Notes: a model not told the origin generated them from the letters alone. Positions 36,289 through 50,286 are shown, counted from the whole stretch's first letter. The stretch: 63,979 bases of DNA, filler included, from Perkinsus olseni (GCA_013115125.1; 3 parts of 3 records of this genome joined end to end with filler, not necessarily neighbours in it); one strand, 5' to 3'. Program-made: numbers and translations.

Positions 36289-39200
36289 ATGGCTCTTCGC
36301 CTGTCGATGAGGGTTGACGTTGATGCCAGATATGATACGTTGACTAATCTCAAAGTTACCGAAGCCGAACCGTATAAGTATTACTATAAAGGAAGAGAGC
36401 TCCTGGATGCAGCCACGGCAGCCGCCAACAGACTCATCAACGAAAGCACGAGCGAGAGGGAAGAGGTGGAGTGGCATCTAATGGCTATCGAGCTGGTGGG
36501 TGAGAGCGGTCATGTAGAAGTGTGGTAGAGAAGCTCAGGCCATGGGTCGGAATATGTACTGGTGCGAAGAAGTGCATCAAGCCGAGGTACACTTCATGGC
36601 AGCTCTGAAGCTGGGGCTGTTGGCTCCTAAGAGTAATGCTGACGATGTTGTGAGATTTTGACCAGCGTGGCTCCGTTAGGGCAAGAGAAGAGGTACACCT
36701 TTGCCATCATTGATTGTCTTCAACAATTGGCCAACATATGGCTGGAGCGTAGTGATTGGACTCGGGCGATCAACTTTCTTTTGAGATCGGCACACCTGTA
36801 GTAGAACCCTTATAGTCGATTTGAATGCCATGGTGTAGTTACGTGGCAGCAGAGAAGAAGTTCGAGAACGATCAGTGGGAGAGCTCTGATATAGTCAACC
36901 TTGAGAAGTTAAAGACACTCACGATTTATGGATTGGCGAGGGCATATGGGTAGGATGCGTCGCTGCAGAGTACGGCGCCAGCCTCCCTCTGGTATAAGGG
37001 TCAATTTAGCTGGGCTCCTCCTCATTTTACACGGAGGGCTGGGGATAGGCCGTCTCTGGAAGTCTCACGACGTCACATGCGTAACGATGAGTTTGCATGA
37101 TTTACTCCGGTGCAGGGGACTTGGGATGGTAACCTCAGCGTCACGAGCTTGTTCGCTGACACTTTCGAGGCAGCTTGAACATAATATGGACGCCTCGGAT
37201 GACGCGGCAAAAGATGCCCCCGTGAGATGACGAAGGCCTCGCAGTGATCGATCTCGGCACTGCTCAGTTTGACTATCGAGAATGGGCGAGGAACGCCGTG
37301 AGTTTGGCTGACTACTACATCGGCCGGGGAGAGTTCTGGACGGCTGAGTACCTCATGCATGCTGCTAGAATTCTCAGCGTGAGTCAAACTGGATTGGCGT
37401 TTCGACGAAGAATGACGCGGGGCTGGCTCGAACACGTGCAAGGCTCGAGGCTTCTACTGCTGGCAACACCACCCGAGGCAGTATGAGAATAAGAACTCGG
37501 GCTCGTGGAGAGTGGGTTGCATGCTTGTAGTGATCTTAGATAGAATGGCCTGAGAAGATAGGAGAGAGGAGAAGCGACGAGTTTGTTGCTGAGATATGGC
37601 GAGACGTTGGCCGCTTCTACCGCACACGCTTGGAGATTTCTAAGTTTCACGAGAAGCGTAACGTCGACGAGTGTGTAAGCTACTACTGAATATCTTCAGC
37701 GTCGATTTCGGCTGCCTTCTGATCAGCTGGCGTTGTGGCGATGCAATGCTGAGGTAAAAGAGAAGGGAGAAGTAATCGAGAAGGAGCTCGGACTGAGCTG
37801 GGATGGTCTGGCTGATGACCACTTGCAGAGCCGATGCGTTCAATGGGACTCTGAGGAAGGGTTCCCTGAGAACGTGTGAGCCTCGGGGAGAGAGGCAAGA
37901 CTCAGTGACCCCGTTCATGTGCAGGAGCATCAATGATGGGTTCTTACTTCTCGATGAGAAGAGTACTGTTGCCGAACGACTAGTGGAGGATGGCGAGTCT
38001 ACTGATGATGATGGAATGCTGAGAATCCACTTGTCAGGAGAGATTGTCGTGCAGCCTGCGATGTAAGGCGCTGAGGTGCTGTGCTGGCTTTTCGCTCATG
38101 GAAGAGTCTGATAATACACTAGTTGTAGCGTGGACAATCCCTGAACAATTCGGTTGGCCCGAATGGTTCTTTGATCGTTACATTTATGGGACGGTGCCGC
38201 CGTCTATCGTCCGCTGCCCTGGTCAGCTGCTTCCCCACCATCCACGGCTCCATAGAGAGAGCGATGCAGGTTCACAATAGAGCCTTTATCGAGGCCTGCG
38301 GAGTTGCGGTGGATCATCGAAAGTAAGGTCCTGTTCTAAAGAGAGGTGACGAGTTGGTGCTCCTGGCGGTAGGCACCTCACGTACTGTGCTAAGGATTTC
38401 GTCACAGCGAGGGAGCTGTTCAAAGTCGGACAATACTTCCATCAGCAGGGTCTCACTGTCTTCGTGCTGGACGGCTATGCCAGCGATCATGTGGGTTTAT
38501 TGTGGCTCTTTCGAGCCCTCCGGCAGTCCCCGAAGCAGGTGCAGACCGTTCAAGAGCTTGCCCGCTTGCATGAGGCATTGGAGTTCTGGGAGGTTGACCC
38601 AAGCAGAGTGAGAGCGCTGCTTAAGCGGCGGGTGAAACTGTTGGAGTCGATTCTCAAAGAAGTACCACTCGCTGCTTGGTTGTAGCTAGTGTGAATTAGA
38701 GAGCGCTGGTTGACCCAGATAAACCCGATGGTTTATGTCCAATTCAATCGGCAACTCTCGTTTGAGATCGCGGAGATCTATAGGCAACTTGCCGAAGGTT
38801 TACTAGGACCGGAAGGACAATACGAAGTTGGTCCCTCCAACCGAGTAGGCAGTTATTACTCGGGTTCACCTTCTGCGGGCCCTCAACGTCATGAGATAGC
38901 TAGTGCTGTGGATCAACGGAGAAGCCGCAAATGCTGATCGCGCGAGTGTGCGTCACCGTCTCGCACAACATGAGAATCTTCATAGTGCGCAGCGAGTGAC
39001 ACTCCAGGAGATATAAAAAGTGCATCAGCTTATTTGCAGTTGGGCTCATTCCAAGCAGAGTGTCTGATACCACCTCGCTTCCTACCCGTGTATTGCTCGA
39101 AGATGATGAGAACCTTGCACAGTCGAACAGAGCCTCCGCCGTCATGCGCTCCTGATTGAATTAGACATATTCATAGTTTCTCTCAGGTTTCTGAGCCAGG

Positions 39201-39942
39201 CGAAGTCGCTCAGCTCCGAAGATATATTATAAAATCTGTCAATAGTTTCACCCGATTCATCCGGTCGTTCGAGGCACCCGCCAATCAGGGGACGTCAGCT
39301 GGCCAGAGTAAGATATCCCGAGCGAGGGCCAACGAACTCAGAGGGAGCCCTTTCATGACCGTTCCCTCCTACACATCGCTTACTGACGATTGTCATGCAG
39401 GTGTAGCGGTGCGGTTGGATGACTCAGTGGTCCAACACGTCATATCAGCGAGAGAGCAGGCGGCTAGGTGAGAATTGATGATGACTGTGAAGCATCCAAT
39501 TCGTGCTTCTTTCGGTGGCGGACTTGTGAAGGCTGAATGGCCCCTGGGTCGGGTTCAGCCCAGTCATTGCCAACGACTCATTGAGTTGTAACATGTGCAG
39601 ACTACTGTCGAAGGACCCATCGCCGAATGCTTCTGAACGGCTTGGGAGTCTGGTGACCGCCCTGTCACATTACGAATGGGTCAAGGCTTATGCAAAGCAT
39701 CACAAGCAACAGGTAAACTCTCTGCGAACTGGTTGTGTTCTCACTCACACGACGCACTATTGGTCGAATACAGAGTGTGTGGAGCACAGCGATTTCAAGG
39801 ACTAAGGTCGTTCTCTGCCGGTCATCAGATATCGGAGATGCCGGAAGCGAACCAGGAAGCGATAAGATTGACAAGCGAGATGGCGGAACTGTTGCCGGTG
39901 CATATCGCGAGATTGAAGGCCTCGACAATGAGCGCCGCCTGA
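36289..39942 (+). CDS. KIFBP: KIF-binding protein (KBP/KIAA1279) homolog, multi-exon
   Basis: Exons encode EPYKYYYKGRELL, FDYREWARNAVSLADYY, VLDGYASDHV, LLKRRVKLLE, INPMVYVQFNRQLSFEIAEIY and EMAELLPVHI. Confidence 0.85.
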
Positions 39943-40304
39943 CCACCTATTCATGCGACACATGAGTCTTTCATCATCCGGGAGTTTCGTTCCTGTAAAC
40001 TCAATTCTTTTCTACAGTCACGCTTCGCCGTTGTCGCTCGACTCGATCGTCTCCAACGATCATATTGAGAGCATCACACAATAGTTCCGCGCTAGAATAT
40101 TTGGTGTCCTTGAGTGTCATGCTGCAAACTCAATGCGTCTCGTGCATCCTAGGGGTTAGTCCCATCGCATCCCTTGGATTCTCTGGTCGCTCTTGAGATA
40201 TCAATATGATACGCCAGCTTCGAACCGCGTGCCCAAGTTCGATAAAGCGAAGTTTCGGGTGGAGGAGTTCATCTCTTCAGCCGTTTCTTTGGTCCTATTG
40301 TAAA

Positions 40305-41569
40305 ATGCGTCTTCACTACGCTCTCCTAGGGTTCTTCCTCCTGCTGCTGTCTTTCCAGTGTATCGAAGTGTAAGCTCGCTTGATAGCAACTCCCCGGAAT
40401 GTGACTGCCCTCTCAGGTTCTCAGCGAAGGAAACGGCCAAGCAGGCTGCTGTCCCACCTGATGACGACGAGCGTGCTCCTGCTGCGGATGAATCAGGCGT
40501 CGATGAGGAGGAGGACGCGGGACCTGATCAAAGGGGAGTGGATGAAGAGGATGAAGAGGGCCAGGGTGATGATATTGAGCACGATGCAGGAGATACGGAG
40601 CACGACGAAGGGGGTACGGGACGAAGTGGTGATGCTGATGGAGAGCACACCAAAGGAGATATAGGGCGTACTGGAGAGGACACTGAGCATAGTGAAGAGG
40701 ATGCTGAACATAGTGAAGAGGATGCTGAACATAGTGAAGAGGATGCTGAGCGCAGTAGAGGGCTCGATAAAGGGCACACTGGAGGTCGTGCGGAGCGCAG
40801 TGGTAGAGGGGCTGATGAGCAGCCCATTGAGCAAAAGCCTGCCAGGTGGGCTCGTGGCATCACTGCATGTGGTCCGATCATGCGCACTTCAGTGATCCGT
40901 TGGACTTGAGAATCCTGGACGACGAGGCTGAGGCTGGCGAGCGGCAGTCTAATCTGTTGTCTCTTGCGGGCAGCTTCATCAACCGAGCATACATGAGGCT
41001 GGGCTTCGTAGCCATGCTTCGCTCGTAGAGAGAGATGATATGGCAACGTCATACGAGGTACAAGTGTGTATCAGGTACGAGCTGCAGTTGGAGAAGGAGC
41101 TCAAGGTGCTCAACGCAGTGGTGGATCAGATCATTGTAGGTTGTGGGTGCTTCGATGGGGTGTGGTCAGCCTGTCCTGACTGGGTAACAGCGTTGGTGTG
41201 GATTCCGGGACTGCTTCGAGAACTTGGCTGGGTGTCTTGGATCGTGGATCCGAAGATGGTGGTGGATGTTGTCAGGCCCAAGGGAAGGACTGGATAGAGG
41301 AGCTGAAGACTTTCCCCGAGGTGAAGCTCAGTCTGTGTTAAATGGGTTGAAGGCGGTCTCTTGGCTAGATGCAAAACGAGGTCATTGCCAGACATAAGGA
41401 GAATATTGAGGACGTGAGGGCGAGATTTGAGCGGGTCATGCCGAAGACGGCCGGCGGAGCTGCAACCGGTGGCGACGGGCAAGGAGAAGTGGATGAGGCC
41501 ATCGAGGGGGGCGACGAGGAGAATGGACAGGGGTTGCAGGAGGAGGGGGAAGAAGAAGAAGCAGAGTGA
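40305..41569 (+). CDS. Putative secreted acidic (D/E-rich) repeat protein
   Basis: Signal peptide MRLHYALLGFFLLLLSFQCIE is followed by a GT donor. An acidic exon carries (EHSEEDA)n, and the C-terminus is acidic. Confidence 0.65.
40685..40750 (+). repeat. 21-bp coding tandem repeat (EHSEEDA x3)
   Basis: GARCATAGTGAAGAGGATGCT occurs three times. Confidence 0.93.
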
Positions 41570-41764
41570 ACATAGCAGCTCCCTAGCGACTGACCATGCT
41601 CGAGCGTGTTATCCATGCTGATTCCTTGGTATCATACCTGCTTTGGTTGTTGACAATACGGGCCCTGATAGAGTGCCTTCGATTGCAGTTTTCCTCTCTG
41701 GGCCTAACGTTCCCGTCGAGGCATCCCATCGGTAGTTACTCTTCGGTGGCATCAACTTCTTGTT

Positions 41765-44584
41765 ATGGCTCTCAGCACCCCATCGCCTGCTGTCTTCACC
41801 TCGGAGGTATGTCGGCGGTTCATATCAGCTGAGAACTTGAAGGTTCTTGAGAAGCTCCTGGACGGCGTGCGGGATGTCCCCTCTTCCCCCAATACCCGGG
41901 CAGTGGGGGCGTTCTGGGAGTATGCACTTATGTGCTTCAGCATACCAAGACCGAGTACTATGGTGGTCGTCTGGAGTACATCTCGCAACCCTCATAGTTC
42001 CCTTATGATCAGTGACTGGCTTTATGATGATAACCTCCTCTGTGTATCAGTACCTGCCTCTTCTCCATCGATTGCCTCCATGCTGTGTTGATCTCTTCCG
42101 TATTTCGGCGTGGTGTCCTCGATGGTCAGCGAGCCCGGTATTCGATCGTTCCTTCAGGTACAGACTTCGACGGTACTGCCAAGTTCTCGCGTCTAGATCC
42201 GATACGCGAGTGCCTCAGGGCCGTAGCAGAGGCCAATGGATGGGTTTACCATACGGATAGCGCAGGGAATGTGGGCTGTGATACACTGCCCTCCCTGGTC
42301 TCATCGTCATTATCAGGTCTATCTTCGCTCGAGCAGTTCACACACGCCGGCTGCGGTACTGCTGCAGGGACATCTGGATATTGTGTGCAGCCAGTAAGAG
42401 GGCGCCATCTGCTGGTCTACGGGATCTGGGCGGAAGGGGAATGATATACTCAGCTTAGTCTTGGTGCGAGGAGTAGTCGATAGATTCCTTGGTCGTTTCA
42501 TTCCTGCCTGCTGCGATAGTGGGATGATGGCTGCCGATCGGGTATGCTCCACACCGATCGGGGGCTGTCGTACCTAAGCTGGTATGGTCCACAGGAACGC
42601 CTCAGCTAAGCACGACTTCGAGAAGGATCCGATCAATGTGAGGATGTCCGAAGATGGCCAGTGGCTGAGGGCTGCTAAGGAGACTACTCTAGGTGCAGTG
42701 CTCTTGCTGGTGCGGATACTTCACCAAACTGGTACTCCACCCTATAGGTGCGGACAATGGAGTCGGTATGGCTGGTGCGCTGGCGGCCCTCACTGTCATG
42801 CCTCAAGACCCTCCTCTGGAAGTCATTCTCACTGCTAATGAGGAGACTAATTTTGAAGGAGCTGAGGGAGCCGACCCGAAGGTGCATCACTTGCCTTTAC
42901 ACACTCCCTCATCAGTCGACTCAGTTAGTGACCGCCAGCCGTATGATCAATCTTGATTCGGAGGAGGGCGGAGAGATATGCATTGGCAGTGCTGGTGGCT
43001 TCGAGCATAAGTAGGTGGCCCTCTCATGAATATAGGTGCAACCAGGGAAGAGTGTCCACACTGCTCAGGTTTTGGCTCTCCCTTCAGCGCGCTCCAGCTC
43101 CCGACGGGTTCGCACGTTACCGACTGTCCTTAAGGGGCTTCCTCGGAGGGCACTCGGGCATCGACATCGCCGAGGAACGTCTCAACTGTATCAAAGTGCT
43201 GAGGAAGTGATAACTACGTCTTGTTAGTGCTAGCGTATGTTCTATGCTTCCGACTTGTGCCGTCATGTTCCGTAGTTCAATCGCTCTTCCTCAGACTTTT
43301 GTGCACCGTTACATCGCCCTCTGTACTGATTGAGGGTGTTGAAGGTGGTACCGGCCCTAATGCTATACCACGCGAGGCGTCAGCAGTCATCGTTACTTCG
43401 ACGGAGCGATGGCCAGATGTCGAGAGGTCACTCAACGAATGCTTTCAGGTCCTGCGCTCCGGACATAGTTCTCGAATTGCTATCTTGTTGATGGTTTAGG
43501 AAATGCTGCGGGAGTGTCCCTTGGAGATAGCAGCCACACTCGAGTTGGTAGAGGATCCTTCAGCCTCACTGGCGGAGGTAACTGCCCCTTGCTCGCATCG
43601 AGTTCATGTGCTTGACAGGGCACTCTCACAGTCGAGTCTGCGGGGAAATTATTGTGCCTCGTTGAGGAGGCCCCACACGGCGTGATTGAGTTTGAGGAAG
43701 GAACAGATGGTGAATTGAAGTGAGCTTCAAGGCTGACGCTTGTTATAGTCCCCTCAAGCCCGCAGTGCCTTTCACTTGCGATGTCTCCCGATTTCATCAG
43801 GACCAGCTGCAATCTTGGCGTGGTCCGGAGTACCGAGAGAAATGGGGAATCTTGTGCGATGGTGGGGCCAGCCGGTAGTTGAGTGTCGATGGAATCTTTG
43901 CAAAGGTACACGTATTCCCGAGGTCGACTTCGATGGAGGCCATGTGCTCTCTGGGTGGGCCCTGGCGCCTTCAATAGTTCCCTTCGTTTTGTGCACTGCG
44001 CAACCGCGCCTGTCGGGGTATGCTGTTCCTGAGCCCAAGCTCAGGTAAAGATTTTACCAAACTCGGGGATAAGTTCAACGCTGTTAATGAGAACAACCTG
44101 TGCCCGTTCCCTGGATGGGAGCCTGATAGAAGCTCCGAGCTGTTGAAGGTGAGGAGGGTCTTTTTGAACGTTCTTGTGCGGAAAACATCCCGAAAAACTT
44201 TCAAGCAGCGCGGGACGTTGCCGATTCCCTCCTGATGATGCTGCCGCTGCTGTAGGTTGTGAGCAGTACGTGCCCTGTGACGTCCGACCCCCGCATCTAC
44301 ACTATACATGCTGGGCTTGAGTGCGGCACCTTGATGTCGCGGTTGTTGTCTGTGAAGGAGTGCGTGAGCATCGGCCCTACTGTTAAGGTGAGAGTCGCCT
44401 GGGGTCCTCATCAGCTCCACCGGGTCAAAGAAGTGTTTGCTGAGTCGCCAGTCCTCGGCGGCTGCCTTAGTGCTGTCCTCAGGGAGCTCACTCTCCAGAC
44501 GAGAGGTTGGAGATAGCGAGTTGTGGTCCATTCATCCAGTGGGTGTGCGAGGTGATCAGTAAGCTACAAAGTCGAGCAGCATAA
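41765..44584 (+). CDS. pepD: Aminoacyl-histidine dipeptidase (PepD, peptidase M20C), multi-exon
   Basis: Exons encode IPRPS, VLLQGHLDIVC, HDFEKDPI, TTLGADNGVG, TANEET, MINLDSEE..IGSAGG, GGHSGIDI, NAIPREA, FPGWEP, IHAGLECG, SIGPT and GAHSPDERL. Confidence 0.93.
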
Positions 44585-44769
44585 TCGTGATGAAGAATCC
44601 TCGTGAGCACCATCCCCTGTTTCTTTTGAGGCCACCCCGTTCCAACCTTGCGTTACCTGCTGGCCGGTTGGGTTGTGGGAGTTCTGATGTTCGGCAAGAT
44701 TCCCTTAGCGGAGGTTCACAAACGATACCATCACAAGATACGTTAGCGTATAGGGTACCCGCGATCGTC

Positions 44770-46710
44770 TTCAAGATGCCTCGACGATCTCGTACAATCG
44801 CGTAGAGGCCTTCGGAGATGGTCGGCCCCCACGACGCTCGCTCACTGGCGTTTCTCGAATTGTGTGATTCCCAATATAACCTAGAGAACTGAGCCCAGCG
44901 TTGAGCTCCGCGGCTACTTGCCGGAGATGATGTTTCCGCTATTATAGTGGTTATCATATGACCGACAATATCGTGCCCTCGTTCGCAAGCCGGAGTCCCT
45001 CTAGACGGTTGTCGTCATGGGTGAAGCGTTCAATAATAGGATCCGTCGAAGAGGACCTCAGCCCTGCGGAGGTGCGCGGATGTGTCTTGTCGTTGACCAA
45101 GATTCCCCCACCGCCTATAGAGTGTCCATAACCTCTCGCCATGCTTCCGCTGCAGTAGTGAGCGCTGATAACGCAACAGTGGAACCTAGCGATCCTTGCT
45201 TCGAATGATGAACGTGCTCTCGCGGACTCGTGCCCCCTCCCTCCAGGTAACGGAACGTTTTCTGAGCTGCGATGAGCACGCAGGCTACTTCAGTGGCGGG
45301 AGCACCCCTCACGATGCCCATGACATCGAGCGTATCTGTCGCTCTACTTATAACGAGCATGCTACTCGCAAAGCCATAATGCAGGTGCCGAGCACCCACT
45401 GCTCTCCCCCTACCGATCACAACTGCACCATACTCTTAGTTAGACCTCCTACACGGTCTACCGCTCGCATCGCCCCCAACCACGGGATTATCCCTTCGCG
45501 TCGTAGTTACTGGCTTTCGCCGTCAGCCCGTCGGCTGCGTCGTGGCGGAACATATTAGCGGGACTTGAGCTGCTCGAGCATCTGCTCGAAAAGGGCAGCA
45601 TGGAACTGTGGCGAGAGTGTGCACGTGGGGAACACTTCGATGCGAGCCAACGCCTCCTGGTACGTCGTCCGGTGGGTGCTGGTCATCAGTACGGACTTAT
45701 GAAATTGAGAGTGAGGAAGTCCCGATGGATCTACGAGTGGAAAACCCGGTTTATTAGGGTCGATGCGTGTAGAGGGACTGGGAGCGGCTGAGGCAGGCCA
45801 TCTGAGCTCCACTCCCCTTGCGCCCGACTGAGCTCGAGGGGAGACTGTTATCATTCGCGGGAGGTGATTGACTGTGAGGTGACCCCTTCAGTTTCTAAGT
45901 ACCTACACCAACCCTGACGACCCTCGAGTCACCAAACTTATCAGAACCAAGGCACGTATGATAAGGGAGAAGGTCATGGCTAAGAACGAACAGGTTGAGT
46001 CTATGCGAGTATCAGCGCCGGAGAGAACAACCAGAGGGCATGCAAGCTCATCAGCTGATTCGACAGAAAGTTGGTGTGATATCTTGTCCCTCTACCGGCT
46101 TCAAGTTCTCCTTATTCAGGAGCATCGAGTAGCTCAGAAAACGAGGAACCGTCGAAGGACACCGAAGCTGAGGCCTCGATGCGGGCGTGTGTATCGAGCA
46201 AAAACCCGAGTACTGCCGATAACTCGGCGTTCCCCGTCGGCTCGATCAGCGATGAAATCGAAGTTTATGAATCGTACCCGAAGAAGTCATGTGAGCTACC
46301 CGAACCGAATTCTAACCCTCTATCCCGCGACTCGGAAGAGGGTTTCCATCTACTTCCAGCCGATAGCGATTGCCCAGCTAGGTATCATCAGTGGCTTCGC
46401 CGTCGTTGGGCACAACCCCGATACAAGTGATAGCGAAGACGAGCACACTGCCACCTCCTCGCTTGATGCTCGAAGAACCTTGTGTGCAACAACAGGCGGG
46501 TGAGCGCTACCTCAACCTTAATCATCCCCACATCAGCATAAAGTTGAGCGGTCATTCACGACGCCTTTTGACAGGACACCGACTACGAATTACGGAGGGA
46601 AACAACGTAGCAAACTAGGACGACGTCGGCATCACTCAGCAGAGGACTTCGACACAGAGACATCACAGATGAGCCGCGACCGAGATGCTCCAAGGTCTAA
46701 CAGTGCACCT
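44770..46710 (+). CDS. Probable multi-exon hypothetical protein with a possible PH-like segment; bounds approximate
   Basis: Open segments have splice signals. YGLMKLRVRKSRWIYEWKTRFIRVD resembles PH-domain beta1-beta2. Confidence 0.35.
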
Positions 46711-46996
46711 GCTGTAGATTTACTCTGAATCAATACGAACGTGTTGTGATGGCGATGATGATGCTAGTGTGTTGGATTGAACTCGTTGCGTTACCTCGGC
46801 AGCGCCCGGACCAGTCTCACTGAGCGGCTGAAAGATGATGATGGTACACGCCGGCCTGTTGTGGTACCATTCCTCAACCACTTCCAACTTTGAAACCCAA
46901 CTCTAGGAGCACTGTTGTTGTTAAACAAGGTCTCATAGGAGGCCCCACTAAGCCTTGATAATACAGCTTTATAATAATGAGAGTAGATGGTAGCAA

Positions 46997-47096
46997 NNNN
47001 NNNNNNNNNNNNNNNNNNNNNNNNNNNNNNNNNNNNNNNNTTAATTAATTAANNNNNNNNNNNNNNNNNNNNNNNNNNNNNNNNNNNNNNNNNNNN
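46997..47096. other. Assembly gap with artificial six-frame-stop linker
   Basis: N runs flank TTAATTAATTAA (47041-47052). Confidence 0.97.
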
Positions 47097-47724
47097 TGTA
47101 CCCGTGAAAGGGTGCTGGAGTCAAATAAAGAAGATTACCGTTCCCCTGTCGCGACTCACTCTCATCGATCCATATGGAAATCGGTGGAAGCAAAAGAAGC
47201 GGTATGCTAGCATTGGTGTAAATCGCAAGACCGTGGCCGGCTGCGTGGATACCGGTGCGACGTTCATCGACGTCTCTAACAAGGAGTTCGAGGGTATCGT
47301 AAACCTCACTGTTAGTACTATGCACCAGAATCAGCACGAATTGAATCTTCAGAGTAGAGATGAGCTCGTATGGAAGGATCCAAAAACGCGCTTCTACATG
47401 GTTAGGAGGGAAGCCGTCACTTATTTGCCCACGCTTGCCTATTATGTTGGGGACCCAACGCACCGGATGGAAATCAGAATACAGCCGAAGCATCTTGTCT
47501 CCGGATGTGATCTTCGGCGCTGTCAATTTGACATCTCTCCTTCCCCTGACGGGAACATCTACCTCGGGCATCCTCTGTTCCGCGCCTACGACGTGAAATT
47601 CGACTTGTCGAACTATCTACTCTACTTCTCCCCCCACAGATCGAACGCAGGAAGTGTTGGTCAGCCTCCGGACGCCAAGCCAGGCACCAGCAAGCTCCCT
47701 GTGGTTGGGCCGCAAGCCAAGTGA
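47097..47724 (+). CDS. Pepsin-like (A1) aspartic protease, C-terminal lobe; 5' part lost in the gap
   Basis: Contains the GCVDTGATFI catalytic motif and IYLGHPLFRAYDVKFD. Confidence 0.88.
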
Positions 47725-48286
47725 TGGGAAACATGCGTGCCGCACTCAGTGTCCACTATAAGCGTCGTGGTGGTGGGACCGACGGGGCGTGCCCATGAGA
47801 GGCTGTGAACGATGTAAAGCTTGAACACGCATTTGAGGTTGCGTCAGAGTTTGGCTAGTGCATGGGGGAGAGAGGAATTCCCGCAGGGGAGCGTGGCAGC
47901 AGAAACCTGTTCCTAAGCAGGGATCCGGATGGTCGTTATTGGAATGGCGAGGCTTAGACCAGGAAACAGGATATACCATAAATTGAACAGCCGAAGCTTC
48001 AAGAAGCCTAATAACGCCTACAGCTCGTCGGATAGAGCAAGCCGGTCGCTTCCTCAGCGTCTCTGCTCAGAGTCTGCTGCGCACTAGCTTTGTGACCTAA
48101 CTGTGCAGCTTTGCTGTGCGCATGCGCCTGGCACCAAAGGGTCAAAACTCACAGCTCGACGAGCGAATCGCGCGAGTTGGGAATTCCACATTGAAGAATC
48201 GATTATGTCGCCCGACTTCACGCGAATTAGGGCCACGATGCAATTGTGGCGAACTGACGGGTAGCTGGTGTCATTTCGACCTTCTA

Positions 48287-49452
48287 ATGGTGTGTATCCA
48301 TATCGCTGTAGCGTTCGCTGGAGCATTCCTCGCCTCCGTCGAAGCTGAACCGATTTCTCTACCAATTAGACAGGAGTTGGCACCTTTGGAACTCGACGGC
48401 CAGGCACTCAACCTTCGTGTGGATTCTGGAACTGCCCGGAGTTTTGCGATCTACGGCCCCGCGTTCGAGCAGCTAGAGGGCGAAGGAAGCTGTCTCGGTC
48501 TTCTATGGGGGTGCTACTTCTGCCCTACCGATAACCCTTGTGATGATATATCCTCAAGGAAGAGATGGCGCGCGACGTATGTCGACGGTGTCCATCTCGA
48601 GTACGTCGAGCACTACGTAACATTAAGGTCGGGTAACGTAACAGTCCCCGATTTCAAGTTTGGACTGGCGCTGAACTTCAGCCGTTTCCCCGGGACCAAT
48701 ACAACGCAGCCACTCGGTTTACTGGGCCTCTCCATCGGTGGCTGCGACATACCGGAAACTTTCTTGGAACAGCTTAGAAGACGAGAGGTTATCTCTAGTC
48801 TTGTCTACTCGATCCGCGCTGAAGAGCAAGATTACTTTATGGTTGGGAACCTAACCCTGGATGACACAAGTACAGCCGATCTCTCGCCTGTACCCTTCAG
48901 CTCGCACTCGCGGAGGTGCAAAAGGTAACTGTTCTCGTGTAACCCCTTAGGCTGCTTGATGTCTATGGGAACCGACACGACAGGAATGGTGAAATCGAGA
49001 TGAAGCAGACACATGTAGTCGCCTTCGTTGACAGCGGGGCCTCGCCGCTTGATATCTCTGATGCGGAATTCAAGAGCATTGTAGAAGTAACTGCTGCCGC
49101 AATGGCCCGGGATGAACGAGTGTTGAGTCCTGGAAGTACGGAAGAGCTCATATGGGAGGATCCTGATTCCGGCTTCTACATGATAACCACAGCAGCCGTT
49201 CCTCATTTACCAGCGCTCGCTTACTATGTTGGGGAACAGCCGCACGGGATGGAGATTAGAATACAACCGAAGCATTATCTTTCCGAATGCGACCAGAGCA
49301 GGTGCCAACTGGATATCGCACCTTCACCCGACGGAAGGATCTCTCTAGGGCATCCCTTATTCCGTGCATATGACGTGAAGTTCGATCTATCCAACTATCA
49401 GCTCTACCTCTCCCCGCACGTAAAAAATGCGGAGGCGTTTGCCCTGCCCTAG
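48287..49452 (+). CDS. Secreted pepsin-like (A1) aspartic protease; needs a 26-nt intron, otherwise a pseudogene
   Basis: Signal peptide MVCIHIAVAFAGAFLASVEA, then LRVDSGT, LGLLGL, FVDSGAS and SLGHPLFRAYDVKFD. The frame breaks at about 48915-48950. Confidence 0.85.
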
Positions 49453-50286
49453 CCCGCTGACTCGGGCGGCAGCGATTGCTCTTTGAGAGGGCACCTGCTC
49501 AAGAAAAGAGAAGCCTACGGTGTAGCCACTGGTCAGTGTACTGCTGCCGGTAGCTCATGCTGCGATAAATGTGATGTGGCAGAGCGCGAATGATGTTGAG
49601 CTAAATATCACTTCAGATTTCGCGTCCTAGTCTGCAGCTCCGAAAAAAATTCGTGGACTGAGAAGCTGGACTGTGGAACGGGAACTTCTCTCGACAGGAA
49701 CTGCTTGAGATGGTTAGATAGTAGAACGCCGGGCTCGGAAAGCTGCGAAGACGAGGCTTTCAAGCCAAGACAAACCGTTGAGCGAGGCCCAGCCACCTCA
49801 CCTGAAGGGTAACAACGTGACGGTGAGGGTTCGCCTTACAGAATTCAGAACAGCTCATTCGGGATATCCTTAAGACGCGTCCCTGCATAGTTAGTGGGAC
49901 AACTGAGCTATTCCTGCATAGCTAGGCGAACATCTCAACTCATTGTGCATTGATCTTCTCATAAGGCATTCAGCATTCAGCACAACAACGCAGACACACA
50001 TCACTCACGTTTCATAGGGCATGGGCCGGCGCCAATCACAGCACTCGCTGTGTCTGTTGTTGGGTGTTCTTCGGGAGGCCTCTTTTACATCACGCAGTTG
50101 TACCACCGATCTGGCGCAGCCATTCTGGTCCGAGCGTGAACTGACTAACACAACTTTCGTTGGGACTCTGAAAATGTGCGACTGAAATGAGATGATACAA
50201 AAGGTCACTGAGACTGATGGAGTTAACTACAAACTGATAGACCGATACTTTGTAGGGTGCTACATTCTATTCCACCACGAAAGCAC

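Noticed and set aside
40493-41052. Hydrophobic or Ser-rich minus-strand ORFs with repeats
   Set aside because: They are antisense shadows of the acidic repeat exon on the plus strand.
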